A stretch of DNA of 63,405 nt, counting the filler, from Octopus bimaculoides (lineage: Eukaryota): NCBI RefSeq assembly GCF_001194135.2. It is 5 parts of 5 records of this genome, joined end to end, with 100 filler letters (N's around TTAATTAATTAA, not from the genome) between each part and the next. Parts side by side here need not be neighbours in the genome. Positions count along the whole stretch, not along the records: positions 21,633 to 47,035 come from NC_068986.1; positions 47,136 to 52,276 come from NC_069002.1; 3 more parts are not named here. One strand, written 5' to 3'. The notes beneath the pieces were generated by a model. That model searched no databases and was not told where the DNA came from. It worked only from the letters and a program-made list of their open reading frames with translations. Both the position numbers and the translations under genes were made by a program. Of the stretch, positions 35,537 through 49,111 are shown in pieces (position 1 is the first letter of the stretch; every line of letters starts with the position of its first letter).

Positions 35537-36173
35537 CTGTCTGTCTGTCTATCTGTCTGTCTGTGTTGAATGTCTTATACGACGCCATCGTACATGCAGT
35601 GAAATTGGGATTGGTTCGTTGGAGACCTGTACCAACCGACAGTACTCTCCACAGATAAGCAATACAAAGGAATGAATACAGTCCTATATTTTTTATTTGT
35701 TTAAGTCCTTGGATTGCGGCCATGCTGGAGCACCGCCTTCAACGGTTTAGACGAACGAATCGACACCAGTACATATATTTTAAGTTGCAGACATGCAATC
35801 AAACCAACGCTAGTGGTCAAGTGGTAGTGTAGGAACAAACACAAACACGAAGGCATGCACACGCATGTGCGCGCGCACACAAACACACATACACACACAT
35901 TCACACACGCGCGCGCACAGGTATGCAAACACATACAGACGCATACAAATATACAAACACATACACATACATACACAGACACACACACACATATGTATAT
36001 ATTTGTGTGTTTGTGTGTAGTGTGTGTGTGTGTGTACGGACCATTCAGTTAGAAGGTATCAGCCAATCTGTGGTTACAGTGGAAAATATTTGCACAAGAT
36101 ACCGTCCATTGGGACTGAACCCGAGACCATGTGGTAATGAATCGAGCTTCTTTACCACACAACCATGCCTCTG

Positions 36174-36211
<38 letters not shown>

Positions 36212-37059
36212 NNNNNNNNNNNNNNNNNNNNNNNNNNNNNNNNNNNNNNNNNNNNNNNNNNNNNNNNNNNNNNNNNNNNNNNNNNNNNNNNNNNNNNNNN
36301 NNNNNNNNNNNNNNNNNNNNNNNNNNNNNNNNNNNNNNNNNNNNNNNNNNNNNNNNNNNNNNNNNNNNNNNNNNNNNNNNNNNNNNNNNNNNNNNNNNNN
36401 NNNNNNNNNNNNNNNNNNNNNNNNNNNNNNNNNNNNNNNNNNNNNNNNNNNNNNNNNNNNNNNNNNNNNNNNNNNNNNNNNNNNNNNNNNNNNNNNNNNN
36501 NNNNNNNNNNNNNNNNNNNNNNNNNNNNNNNNNNNNNNNNNNNNNNNNNNNNNNNNNNNNNNNNNNNNNNNNNNNNNNNNNNNNNNNNNNNNNNNNNNNN
36601 NNNNNNNNNNNNNNNNNNNNNNNNNNNNNNNNNNNNNNNNNNNNNNNNNNNNNNNNNNNNNNNNNNNNNNNNNNNNNNNNNNNNNNNNNNNNNNNNNNNN
36701 NNNNNNNNNNNNNNNNNNNNNNNNNNNNNNNNNNNNNNNNNNNNNNNNNNNNNNNNNNNNNNNNNNNNNNNNNNNNNNNNNNNNNNNNNNNNNNNNNNNN
36801 NNNNNNNNNNNNNNNNNNNNNNNNNNNNNNNNNNNNNNNNNNNNNNNNNNNNNNNNNNNNNNNNNNNNNNNNNNNNNNNNNNNNNNNNNNNNNNNNNNNN
36901 NNNNNNNNNNNNNNNNNNNNNNNNNNNNNNNNNNNNNNNNNNNNNNNNNNNNNNNNNNNNNGTCGTATACTTTTTTTAAATTTTATTTATAGTTTCAGCT
37001 TAGAGCTGCGGCCATGCTGATGCACCGCCGTGTAAACTGACGTGCCGTGACCAGGATAT

Positions 37060-37292
37060 GTATATACATGTGTGTGTGTGTGTGTTTGTGTGTCTGTTTG
37101 TCCCCAGCATCGCTTGACAACCGATGCTGGTGTGTTTGCGTCCCCGTAACGTAGCGGTTCGGCAAAAGAAGCCGATAGAATAAGTACTAGGCTTACAAAG
37201 AATAAGCTCTGGGGTCGATTTGCTCGACTATAAAGGCGGTGCTGGAGCATGGCCGCAGTCAAATGACTGAAACAAGTAAAAGAGTAAAAGAG
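37060..37292 (+). mobile_element. SINE family A, 3' half
   Basis: GTCCCCAGCATCGCTTGACAACCGATG..AAGGCGGTGCTGGAGCATGGCCGCAGTCAAATGACTGAAACAAGTAAAAGAG. Confidence 0.85.
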
Positions 37293-38337
37293 TAATCAAG
37301 TTGTCATTTCTTCTTCGTTTACACTGAATATAGGAGTCTAAGAAAGCTTCCATATTAAAGAGCTTATTTTATGTGTGCTTATGTATGTATGCATGTATAT
37401 GTTGCTCAATGCAGGCACATGCATGGCTGTGTGATAAGAAACTTGCTTCTCAACTACATGGTTCCACGTTCAGTCCCACTGTGTGACACCTTGGGTGACC
37501 AAATCCCTGCGATGAACGGTTCGATGAAAATTAAGGTATATCTTTTAGTAAACACATAATTTACCATCTTGTGAAAAGTGGTGGGAAGCGCACAGTTATT
37601 AATTATGTGGGAGTTATGGGGTTGTGGGAAATGCCATAAACGTTAAAGCCTGCGATTTTTGTGGCATTTTATGTTTTCCGTCGAAGTAGTTGGGTCTAAT
37701 CCATTCAGTGCTGCATTTGCATTTTACGTTTTCCCTGTATATACTTCAACGGGTTTCTAAACATTAAAACAGATACTATATGGAGAGAGGGACAAAGATA
37801 AAGAGAGGGAAATGTGTGCTCGGGGTTAAAGTTAGCCTTTAACTGTTTGAGAGAGAAATTTGCAAATTCAATTGCGATACGAAACCTGCATCTTAATTTG
37901 AATTTTCCTCGGTTTTCCTCATGATTTTGTAATTGTATACAAATTACTCTTTTACTTGTTTCAGTCATTTGACTGCGGCCATACTGCTAGATCACCGCCT
38001 TTAGTCGAGAAAATCGACCCCAGGACTTATTCTTTGTAAGCCTAGTACTTATTCTATCGGTCTCTTTTTGCCGAACCGCTAAGTTACGGGGACGCAAACA
38101 CACCACCATCGACAAAAGCCTTGTGAGTGAATTTGGTAGACTGGGACTGAAAGAAGCCTGTATATATATATATATNNNNNNNNNNNNNNNNNNNNNNNNN
38201 NNNNNNNNNNNNNNNNNNNNNNNNNNNNNNNNNNNNNNNNNNNNNNNNNNNNNNNNNNNNNNNNNNNNNNNNNNNNNNNNNNNNNNNNNNNNNNNNNNNN
38301 NNNNNNNNNNNNNNNNNNNNNNNNNNNNNNNNNNNNN

Positions 38338-38395
<58 letters not shown>

Positions 38396-38899
38396 ATTGT
38401 CTCTGTTTTGGGAATCACCACCACTTAACAACCAATGTTGGGGGTGTTTGCGTCCCCGTAACATAGCTGTTCGGCCTAAGACCCCGATAGAATAAGCACC
38501 ATGCTTTAAAAAAATAAGCACTGGTGACGTTTCGTTCGTCTAAAATTCTTCAAAGTGGAGCACCAGCATGGCCGCAGTTTTATGACTGAAACAGATAAAA
38601 GCTAACAAAGATCTTTACATTTCCAGTCCTATGCAATTATAAATATTTCTTTATTGTTTCAAAACCATTTAATTCTTTGTTATTGCTACATTTGTGTTAT
38701 GTCGTTGCTTCCTAAATTTACAGCTACCATTTTTTTTAATTTGTTGCTGATTCATTTTTCTTCTTAATGTTGTATTTTTCGTTCCATTGTTGTTTTTTGT
38801 TTTTTTTCAAGTTTAACGTTCGTTCCTACATAGTCTTCATTTTACTTACAATTTTCATTTTATTTTTCTTGTACTTAACTATTATACGTTTCCCTCCAA

Positions 38900-39650
38900 C
38901 AACCAAGTTTTACAACCCACACTTCCCCTTCCTTAATATATAACAATTTCCTCCGTGTCAAAGATCCTGCAATTCTCCATTAGCTATATCGGACAAGTAA
39001 TGAACGGTAAAAGCATACCAGACTTTCAGCATCCATTTTCTAACAGCATCACTCAAAGGATTCTCACAACCGGATATTTGTAGGTGAGTTGCACATTTAC
39101 AACGGTCATCACTACCAATCTTATTTCCGTCTTATCTAATTCCTTACAGCTCTATCTTCTTCCATTATAAAAAAAAAAAATTTTTTTATAATTTTGTTTG
39201 ATTTTGTTTTAGATTTTATTTTGATCTGTTAACAAATTACCATTCTTTTTGTTTAATCCACGTGACGTTTCATGGTTCTCAATAATAAAAGCGATTCTAG
39301 TGATTCTAACAACTACAGTGAGTTCCTATATTAGCATAACCAATTAGCTATCATACAGCATCAATTTACTATTTCGTTTTCATTGGATCCTGCAGATATC
39401 GATCAAATCTTTTATAACGACTATCGTCATATATACACCCTTACCTTCTTGTTTGCTGGTCCTTATCATGGCACCAAAATATTTATAATATCACACAAAT
39501 ACTCTTCATTTTCTATGTGCTATCTGGAGATTATCACATATTGAACACATTCCATCTACAACCAATTAATTGTATCGTATTTTCATACAAGCACTTTCAT
39601 TGGTTTTTCCCATAGACATTGTATCTCACTAAACCGTGTGATTAAAATAT
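38900..39650 (-). mobile_element. Very old LINE RT relic (possibly R4/Dong-like)
   Basis: Fragmentary translations such as KYFGAMI and CKELDKTEIRLVVMT loosely resemble KYLG and ELxxLDxKTRxxMT motifs; heavily decayed. Confidence 0.3.
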
Positions 39651-40806
39651 CCTCGTAAATTCCGCTATAAATCAATTTTAGTTACGGGAGTGTGTGTATA
39701 CGTACACACATACAACCATGTAGAGGCACACATATGATACATATCTAGGTTGAGTGTTTGTCTTCTTGACATTATCTCATTTAATCTAGTTGTGGTTATT
39801 GATAGCCTTAAGTCAATTTTAATTATGTAGCGGTATGAGTATGACCAAACTATTTCACACATGACCGTCCCATATTTTATGATTTTATCTTTGGTAATCC
39901 TTTCCATTCCCAAGAGAGTAATATGTAATTTGAGCGAGAGACAGGTACTAATTCTCGTATATCGAACGATCAATTAGAATTCTATCTTAATGTATAGATG
40001 TAACATAACAATTTGTCAGGATTAAAGCAGATACATTGTTGAAAGCCTGCGAAACTACGGTATTCGTCTCGAGATATTATCTTACAGACGAAACGTGTTA
40101 AAAGACAGAACAATCAGTGGCAGGCGAAAATCGTCTAGCATCGGTGATCGCGTTACTGAATACGTATTTCTGCCTCCTTATGCTTCGTCAGTAGCAAGTT
40201 TTCACTGGCAAAGACATACTAAGACAAATTTCTCCGCTAATGATATAATAAAACAGTGATTGAAAAATCACTGTGTCGCAAGTAGCCGGCAGAATCAGTC
40301 TGCAACTAATATATTTCAATGTTTTTTAACACTGTACATCTATAAGAGGTGCTAGCTTCAGAAGAATACTACAGTTTATCAGGCTTTCAGTAATATTTCT
40401 GCTTTCAGTATGATACGCAAACTGTTATTATGAACTAATACTGCTTCTGTCTCTCCAAACGAATAGATGTAACATAATATTCGTTATATACCTCTTAACG
40501 AAAGCTACAATTAATTTACAATAGAGCATGAATTACACATGACATTTTAAAAACATCATTGGTTAACATTGCCTCTTTTTCTCGTTTCCCAAAATTAATT
40601 TTCATGCGTAAGTTGCGGTACGCAACTATGGCTTTGCATCATATGTTCCACTGTCTCCACGACCTTATCTGATGTCCTTGTTTCAATAATATGATTAACC
40701 TGTGGAGAGATTCTCGCAGAATCCTGTAGCTGTCATTCACAACCAAGGTCTCCGGTTCGTTTTTTCATGCCACTTTCCCATCACTTCAAACGCACAGGCA
40801 TAGTTT

Positions 40807-41045
40807 TGGAGGCGCATGACTTAGTAGTTATGGTGTTTGATTCATGATTCTAAGATTGTGGTTTTGATTCCTGGACCCGGCGATGCGTTGTAATCTTCTG
40901 CAAAAAAACACTTCATTTCACGTTGCTCCAGTCCACTCAGCTGGCATAAATGAATAACCTTACCACAGACCGGCGTCCCGTCCAGGTGGAGAAACCGGGA
41001 GACTGCCCCTTTGAGTCGCCATGACTCGAGAAGGAAACTTTACCT
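40807..41045 (+). mobile_element. tRNA-derived SINE, family C
   Basis: GGAGGCGCATGACTTAGTAGTTA head, TTTTGATTCC B-box-like site, core CACTTCATTTCACGTTGCTCCAGTCCACTCAGCTG, tail GACTCGAGAAGGAAACTTTAC. Confidence 0.7.
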
Positions 41046-41193
41046 CACCTTTTTATATGGTTAGCATTCTAGTACAGTTGGTGACAGATAGTCATGCCTG
41101 TGTTTATGCCGTATTTTGTGCAAGCCCACTGCACTTAATTAGAAGATAGTTAATACTTACGTCCCTTTTTCTTCACGTGCTGCATTTGCAGTA

Positions 41194-41524
<331 letters not shown>

Positions 41525-41529
41525 AGAAA

Positions 41530-41602
41530 TACGTGGGAATGTTGAAAAGTTTCTTGCTTTAAGAGTGTTGCAAAAGGATTGGTTGGAGGCCCAACCTTTC
41601 GA
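41530..41602 (+). mobile_element. mariner 5' TIR and start of a second copy
   Basis: TACGTGGGAATGTTGAAAAGTTTCTTGCTTTA is the inverted counterpart of the 41345-41375 TIR; TTGGAGGCCCAACCTTTCGA matches CTGGAGGTCCAACCTCTCGA in the first copy. Confidence 0.65.
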
Positions 41603-43182
41603 TGGTGTTGTCTCTCCAATGCATTGTGTTAATGACAACCATAAGAAAATCAAGGAATGTCTTTGTACATTGCGTACCCTCCTTGCTTTCTCCTCCAAAA
41701 TCATAGCAGCACCTCAATTCTTTCCTAGACTCTTCCTACTTACTACTCTTTGATCAAGATCGAGCTGTAGATAGCACACCTATTGTTAAAGATATCACAT
41801 GTGCCGTTCATTTTTTTTTTATTCCTATCCATGTGTACAACAAAATTCAACACAAACACTCTTTTTTGCCTTCACATAGAGCCAAGTGTAAATATCTATT
41901 TGGCCATGGGCCAACGAGATGAGTCTCTCGTTGAGTCACATGAAATATCAGCCGATTTTCCCTCATGTCATTTCTATCATCTAAAGAATGACTAGCTCAA
42001 TGGATAACGATCTAGTTCTTCATTTAGAAGCCTGGAAAAGACGGATATTGTCCGCAAGAAACCTAAACATTTCAAACCAGACATCTGCTCATATAGAATA
42101 CATTCCTCAATTGGAGAACTGCAACGTACTTATGTCCAAAGTACATTGACACAACCCTGCACATATCAAGGAAATAGTTTTCAAGATACATTCACTTTCT
42201 ATGTACAAGACACAAAGCTATCAATGTTGCTTAAATTCCAAACCTCGTAAAAGAAAGCAGCAAGAATATAAAGTGTCATGTGTGAATGAATAAAAGCAAT
42301 ATTAGGCAGGCATTTAAATGACAAAGGAGATCATAAAAGTGATTCAGACTGGATATAAAAGTTGCGAATATAATTTCAAACCTCAACAAAATAAAGCCAC
42401 ATAGATTTACGCAAACACATACAAATATGCACACGCCAATGAACGCGCACTCACAAACGTACACTCAAGCGCACGCACACACACAGACACACACACACGA
42501 TCTTTCTCTCTTCCCCTCTCACATACATTCTTTCACATCCATATAACAACATTAATACAGAACTAAAAACAAAGACAGCTGCATCTGAAGTTGTCTGTCT
42601 TAGAGTAAAGAGAAGGTACGCCGTTAATGATGTCGCGAATGCCGAAGAAAGGATTTCGACAGACATAACTGATTGATTAATCGAATGATTAACCAAACAC
42701 TCAATTAGAGAATTTAGCTAAATAGTTAACCAATTGATGAATAATAAAGAAATGAAAGAGAACCAGTAGGTGTGTTTATTATTGGCATAATGACCCTCTC
42801 GAGATACAATAAAATATTAATGAGAGTTAATAGTATACCAAATTAAAATGTCACAGAGCCAGATCTACTGGCTTGAAATCTTTATGACTATGAACTAACA
42901 CTTATTAAAATACATTGCTAAAGCTCTTAATGAAATTTTAATCTCATAAGAGACAAAAAAAAGATAGTTGTTGTTATGGAAACAGAGAAGGCAAAAGAAA
43001 ACGCAGTTTTTGCTGTTTCTGTGAAAATTACTAGCAGGTTGATAGCTTCTTCGATATACTAAGGAACAGAATAAAGAACAGAAGCGATGTTAAAACGATC
43101 GCCTGTTATAGATTAATAAAATAATATTTCAAAACAGGGTGATTAAGAAATCGAACCGATTAACGGAATTAAGGGGAAAAAA

Positions 43183-43557
43183 ACAAGAGCACTCAGAGAG
43201 CGCAAATCTCTGCCAAGGCAACATCAACGTCCTCTCAACGATTAGCCGGAGATGTTTTTTAAAATGAGAATATCTGAAATAAACTCGATTGCTCTCACAA
43301 GCAAAAATACTAAAAATTGAACCCGACAGCTCTCAAAAGTTAAGTAAAAAAAAACGGGAAAATAATCCAGAATCCTTGTCCGGTACTGGATTGATACCAA
43401 AATCTATCCAGCTCGTGCCAGCCATGAGGCCAAACATCTCTGAAAGTTTCATCCGAATCCATCCAGCGGTTCTTGAGATATCTTATCCGCGGACGGACAG
43501 ACAAACAAACAAACACGACTGAAAATAAATACCTCCGCCTTCGCGAAGGCGGAGGTA
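43183..43557 (-). mobile_element. Non-autonomous Helentron/Helitron2-type element (HINE-like)
   Basis: On the minus strand it starts TACCTCCGCC within a perfect 28-bp palindrome (43530-43557), followed by a GTTT/GTCT/GTCC microsatellite, an imperfect subterminal inverted copy GGCAGAGAT, a 3' hairpin GCGCTCTCTGAGTGC and TCTTGT. T-runs flank both ends. Confidence 0.78.
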
Positions 43558-44240
43558 AAAAACGAAAGGCTTATGACGACTCGTTTTTAGATTCTGCAAG
43601 AATACCTGGAGATATTTAGGCACCCATGATGAAATACAAATTTTCCTCTAGCAGCAGCAGCAGCAGCAGTAGCATTGGTGGTGGCGGCGGCGGCGGCTAC
43701 GGTGACCTCTATAGTTAAAAATCAATAGCACCGTAGTATTATTTTAAATTTATCAAAAAGAAATTATGATAAATGTAGTTGCATTGTTAGCTCCAAAGTT
43801 AATGGGCTTGAAGCAGTGGCCAAAACTGTCTTCATTCGACTCCGTAAGTTATTGATTTTTTTTTTTTTTTTCTCTCAAAATCATTTAATTTCAAAGCGTA
43901 GAAAAATAATGCAACTTTAATGAAGTATTTGTTTCCGTCTGAATCGAAAAACAGTCTAAATAGAAAACCAACGGTTGACTTCTGGGTCGATAAAGAGTTG
44001 ACCAACGAGTTTAGGGAGTTAATTTCCAACATTGGCTCTTTATTTTCTCCATAGCTGAAATAAGGAAATATTGCTCGCTGCAATGCAATATTATAAAGTA
44101 AATTACAAGCAGTGAATTACAATACATAAGTGACGTGTATCGCATTGGTTTGTAGCTTACATGGAATATTGGATCGAAGGGAGACTATACTGAGGTGAGG
44201 AATATATATTATCAAGTTTTCAAGGAATTTCTTTAGGAAT

Positions 44241-44411
44241 GGCGCAGGGGTGGGTGTGTGGTAAGTAGCTTGCTTACCAACCACATGGTTCCGGGTTCAG
44301 TCCCACTGCGTGGCACCTTGGGCAAGTGTCTTCTACTATAGCCTCGGGCCCACCAAAGCGTTGTGAGTGAATTTGGTAGACGGAAACTGAAAGAAGCCCG
44401 TCGTATATATA

Positions 44412-44442
<31 letters not shown>
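44241..44442 (+). mobile_element. SINE family A, 5' half, ending in an internal (TA)(TG) repeat at a gap
   Basis: Near-consensus head and core. Confidence 0.88.
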
Positions 44443-45129
44443 NNNNNNNNNNNNNNNNNNNNNNNNNNNNNNNNNNNNNNNNNNNNNNNNNNNNNNNNNN
44501 NNNNNNNNNNNNNNNNNNNNNNNNNNNNNNNNNNNNNNNNNNNNNNNNNNNNNNNNNNNNNNNNNNNNNNNNNNNNNNNNNNNNNNNNNNNNNNNNNNNN
44601 NNNNNNNNNNNNNNNNNNNNNNNNNNNNNNNNNNNNNNNNNNNNNNNNNNNNNNNNNNNNNNNNNNNNNNNNNNNNNNNNNNNNNNNNNNNNNNNNNNNN
44701 NNNNNNNNNNNNNNNNNNNNNNNNNNNNNNNNNNNNNNNNNNNNNNNNNNNNNNNNNNNNNNNNNNNNNNNNNNNNNNNNNNNNNNNNNNNNNNNNNNNN
44801 NNNNNNNNNNNNNNNNNNNNNNNNNNNNNNNNNNNNNNNNNNNNNNNNNNNNNNNNNNNNNNNNNNNNNNNNNNNNNNNNNNNNNNNNNNNNNNNNNNNN
44901 NNNNNNNNNNNNNNNNNNNNNNNNNNNNNNNNNNNNNNNNNNNNNNNNNNNNNNNNNNNNNNNNNNNNNNNNNNNNNNNNNNNNNNNNNNNNNNNNNNNN
45001 NNNNNNNNNNNNNNNNNNNNNNNNNNNNNNNNNNNNNNNNNNNNNNNNNNNNNNNNNNNNNNNNNNNNNNNNNNNNNNNNNNNNNNNNNNNNNNNNNNNN
45101 NNNNNNNNNNNNNNNNNNNNNNNNNNNNN

Positions 45130-45161
<32 letters not shown>

Positions 45162-45879
45162 GTGATAGAACAAACAATAGACAGAGAAACAACAGGTATC
45201 GGGTGAGATGATAACACATTTATACGGCATATAAGGAGTATAAATAGCAGGTCTGTAAAAGTTCCATTTTAGGTAGACGCCAGGAAGCAACAGAAGGGAA
45301 ATCTGTGGAGTTGATATGAAACAGTTTGTTAGGTAGATTACAGTTTTGATATGTAATATTCTTCAAACTGGAAGAAACTGTGTAGATTCACCCTAACAGC
45401 TGTTTCAAGATTAGTTGCGTAATCGTTTTCTTCTATTATACATAATTCAGTTTGACCAGTACATTACCTATAGCTTGTCTTCATTTAAGCAGCTATCACA
45501 TCTAGGCATTTAAAGTTTGAGTTTTGGCACAAATCCGACTTGAACACTAATGCTATGTACCTATTAACTTACGTCATTTTCGTGTCGTATTACCCACAAT
45601 GCAATAAAGTGCTTCCACAATGATCCATTGCTGTTAGGCATGCAAATGTGAAATTTACGTAGGAATTAAATATTTGTATTGGTGGTTATCTTAACCTTCT
45701 AAGATATATACATATGTATATATATATATATATATATATAAAGTGTAGTATATTGCCACTTAAGTGTGGCTGACCCCTAGGGGTGGATGTTACTGTTGCT
45801 TTTAGCCCCAGGAGGACATCTCCTCCAGCTGGCTTATCGACACACGACTGTGTCCTGTTTGCCAAGGGAAGTTAGAGAA

Positions 45880-45915
<36 letters not shown>

Positions 45916-46884
45916 ACGCACTTCCACACAGTTTCCGTCAACCATACTCAATTACAACGCATTGGTCTGTTTGGGCTATAGTAGAAGTAATACAGGACAC
46001 TTTCCCAAAGTGCAGCACAGTGGAATAGGACTGAAAGCCATATGACTGCTAATCGAGTTTCTTAACTGCAGTGTTATGTCTATCCTAATGAATGAAATGT
46101 TGAAATGTTCACATTCATCCGCAGTGTCCAGGTAGCTTGAGTACAGACGAATATTATAATAGGAAGAAAGAAGATTTTTGTCACTGTCGTCTGCTTTTCA
46201 AACACATGCAGTGTAAGGTATTCCGTATATTTAGTAACTGTTTTCAGTAGCAGTTGTCACTATTTCCGGTTTAGTTTCGAATTGAAAATCTTTATAAAAT
46301 ATTCTTTCACCTTTCGTAATTGATCATTTGCTCCCTTTATCTTGGAGAAAAGTAATATTTTTTTTTCTCGTCACACGGATCTCTTTATGGAATATGCACA
46401 GATTTGTGTACAAAATGGGTCGAGAGATGAGATGTAGTCGTAACATATGTAAACAGTTACTATAAAGACGTATATAGTAGTAACTATAAAACAGTTTAAG
46501 TCGAAGAAAATGGAGTTCAACTCTGCGAATATTTGATACACATATCTGATGGTAAAAGATAGTGAGTACATACAGAAATTACCGCTAAAACCGTAACAGT
46601 GGTGAAAGGATCTAAACGATCATATGAACAGTCAGTACAGGTATCGTAAAAGGATGGGAGAGGAAGAAGGAATCAGAGATAAAAGTTGGTATAGATGCGG
46701 AACGCTCATAAAATATCATTCGAAGTGATAATAGAGTCAACACCTCGCAGAATAACCAGCAAAGCGAATTAGAACACGTAAAGCGATAAACTCTATTAAT
46801 AAAGAATGTGACTGGTTATCTTAGTGCTTTATTGAAAGAGTGCTTTATCGAAAGTGGCCTTCTTTGTACTTAATACACACATGC

Positions 46885-46932
<48 letters not shown>

Positions 46933-47035
46933 TGTAAATGTGTATATAATCAGTGATTATATATGTATACACGTGTATGTATGTATGTATGTATGTATGT
47001 ATGCATGTATGTATGTATGAATGTATGTATGTATG

Positions 47036-47135
47036 NNNNNNNNNNNNNNNNNNNNNNNNNNNNNNNNNNNNNNNNNNNNTTAATTAATTAANNNNNNNNN
47101 NNNNNNNNNNNNNNNNNNNNNNNNNNNNNNNNNNN
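47036..47135. other. Artificial scaffold linker
   Basis: 44 N + TTAATTAATTAA + 44 N. Confidence 0.95.
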
Positions 47136-47551
47136 ATATATATATATATATATATATATAGATAGATAGATAGATAGATGGATAGATAGATAGATAGATA
47201 CGTATCTATCTATTTATCAATATATGTACATATGCGAAATATTCCATAGGCATATGTGCGCATAAGCACGGATACACAGAGCTCAATTTACAGATATATG
47301 CATATCTATATGTATACATACATATATGGTTTATGCACAAATATAATAACACACACAAACACACACAAACACAAACAATCACACACATGCATGCGTGTAT
47401 ATATGTATGTATACATATATGTATACATATATCTGCACTGCTTCGGCGAAGAATATTTAATTCAAGAGCGGATTATATATGATAGGAGTGTATATCCATT
47501 AAGATCAGGAAGTTTTCATGCATAATTTAATGTCCACTAACACACACGCAC

Positions 47552-47601
<50 letters not shown>

Positions 47602-48532
47602 NNNNNNNNNNNNNNNNNNNNNNNNNNNNNNNNNNNNNNNNNNNNNNNNNNNNNNNNNNNNNNNNNNNNNNNNNNNNNNNNNNNNNNNNNNNNNNNNNNN
47701 NNNNNNNNNNNNNNNNNNNNNNNNNNNNNNNNNNNNNNNNNNNNNNNNNNNNNNNNNNNNNNNNNNNNNNNNNNNNNNNNNNNNNNNNNNNNNNNNNNNN
47801 NNNNNNNNNNNNNNNNNNNNNNNNNNNNNNNNNNNNNNNNNNNNNNNNNNNNNNNNNNNNNNNNNNNNNNNNNNNNNNNNNNNNNNNNNNNNNNNNNNNN
47901 NNNNNNNNNNNNNNNNNNNNNNNNNNNNNNNNNNNNNNNNNNNNNNNNNNNNNNNNNNNNNNNNNNNNNNNNNNNNNNNNNNNNNNNNNNNNNNNNNNNN
48001 NNNNNNNNNNNNNNNNNNNNNNNNNNNNNNNNNNNNNNNNNNNNNNNNNNNNNNNNNNNNNNNNNNNNNNNNNNNNNNNNNNNNNNNNNNNNNNNNNNNN
48101 NNNNNNNNNNNNNNNNNNNNNNNNNNNNNNNNNNNNNNNNNNNNNNNNNNNNNNNNNNNNNNNNNNNNNNNNNNNNNNNNNNNNNNNNNNNNNNNNNNNN
48201 NNNNNNNNNNNNNNNNNNNNNNNNNNNNNNNNNNNNNNNNNNNNNNNNNNNNNNNNNNNNNNNNNNNNNNNNNNNNNNNNNNNNNNNNNNNNNNNNNNNN
48301 NNNNNNNNNNNNNNNNNNNNNNNNNNNNNNNNNNNNNNNNNNNNNNNNNNNNNNNNNNNNNNNNNNNNNNNNNNNNNNNNNNNNNNNNNNNNNNNNNNNN
48401 NNNNNNNNNNNNNNNNNNNNNNNNNNNNNNNNNNNNNNNNNNNNNNNNNNNNNNNNNNNNNNNNNNNNNNNNNNNNNNNNNNNNNNNNNNNNNNNNNNNN
48501 NNNNNNNNNNNNNNNNNNNNNNNNNNNNNNNN

Positions 48533-48569
<37 letters not shown>

Positions 48570-49029
48570 ACACTCACAAAGAGAGAGTGTGAGTCGGCCA
48601 GAGATCGTCGTGTCGTTGTGATCACAATGGAAATCAGTTGCCTTCGAGTCAGAAACCTGGTCAGAAAATTACCAGGGAAAAAGGACATCTGTCGACCATT
48701 GATAAGAAATTTGCTAATCCAGTGCCCATAATACATTCCGTTTGACCGCTATCATTACTGGAGCGAAGTATGAGGTAATTAAGAAGAGGATGCAACTCTT
48801 TAATTCAAACACTAGAAAGGATCGCGGCACCTGGGACATTAGATTTTTTTGCAATAGCTTCTTAAGACTTAAAACATGGTAAACAGAAGATGCTTTTCTG
48901 ATTTTTCACAAACTTGCGAACCAAGCAGTGGACGGTCTAAGTTAACTCTAGATTAAACAGAGAAAAACGATAACATACCTATACACATAGCCCCAACCAC
49001 ACACACACGCACACACACAGACACACACA

Positions 49030-49111
<82 letters not shown>

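Noticed and set aside
42000-42230. Possible LINE RT N-terminal relic (FLNWRTATYLCPK..MYKT)
   Set aside because: Similarity is too fragmentary to call without a profile search.
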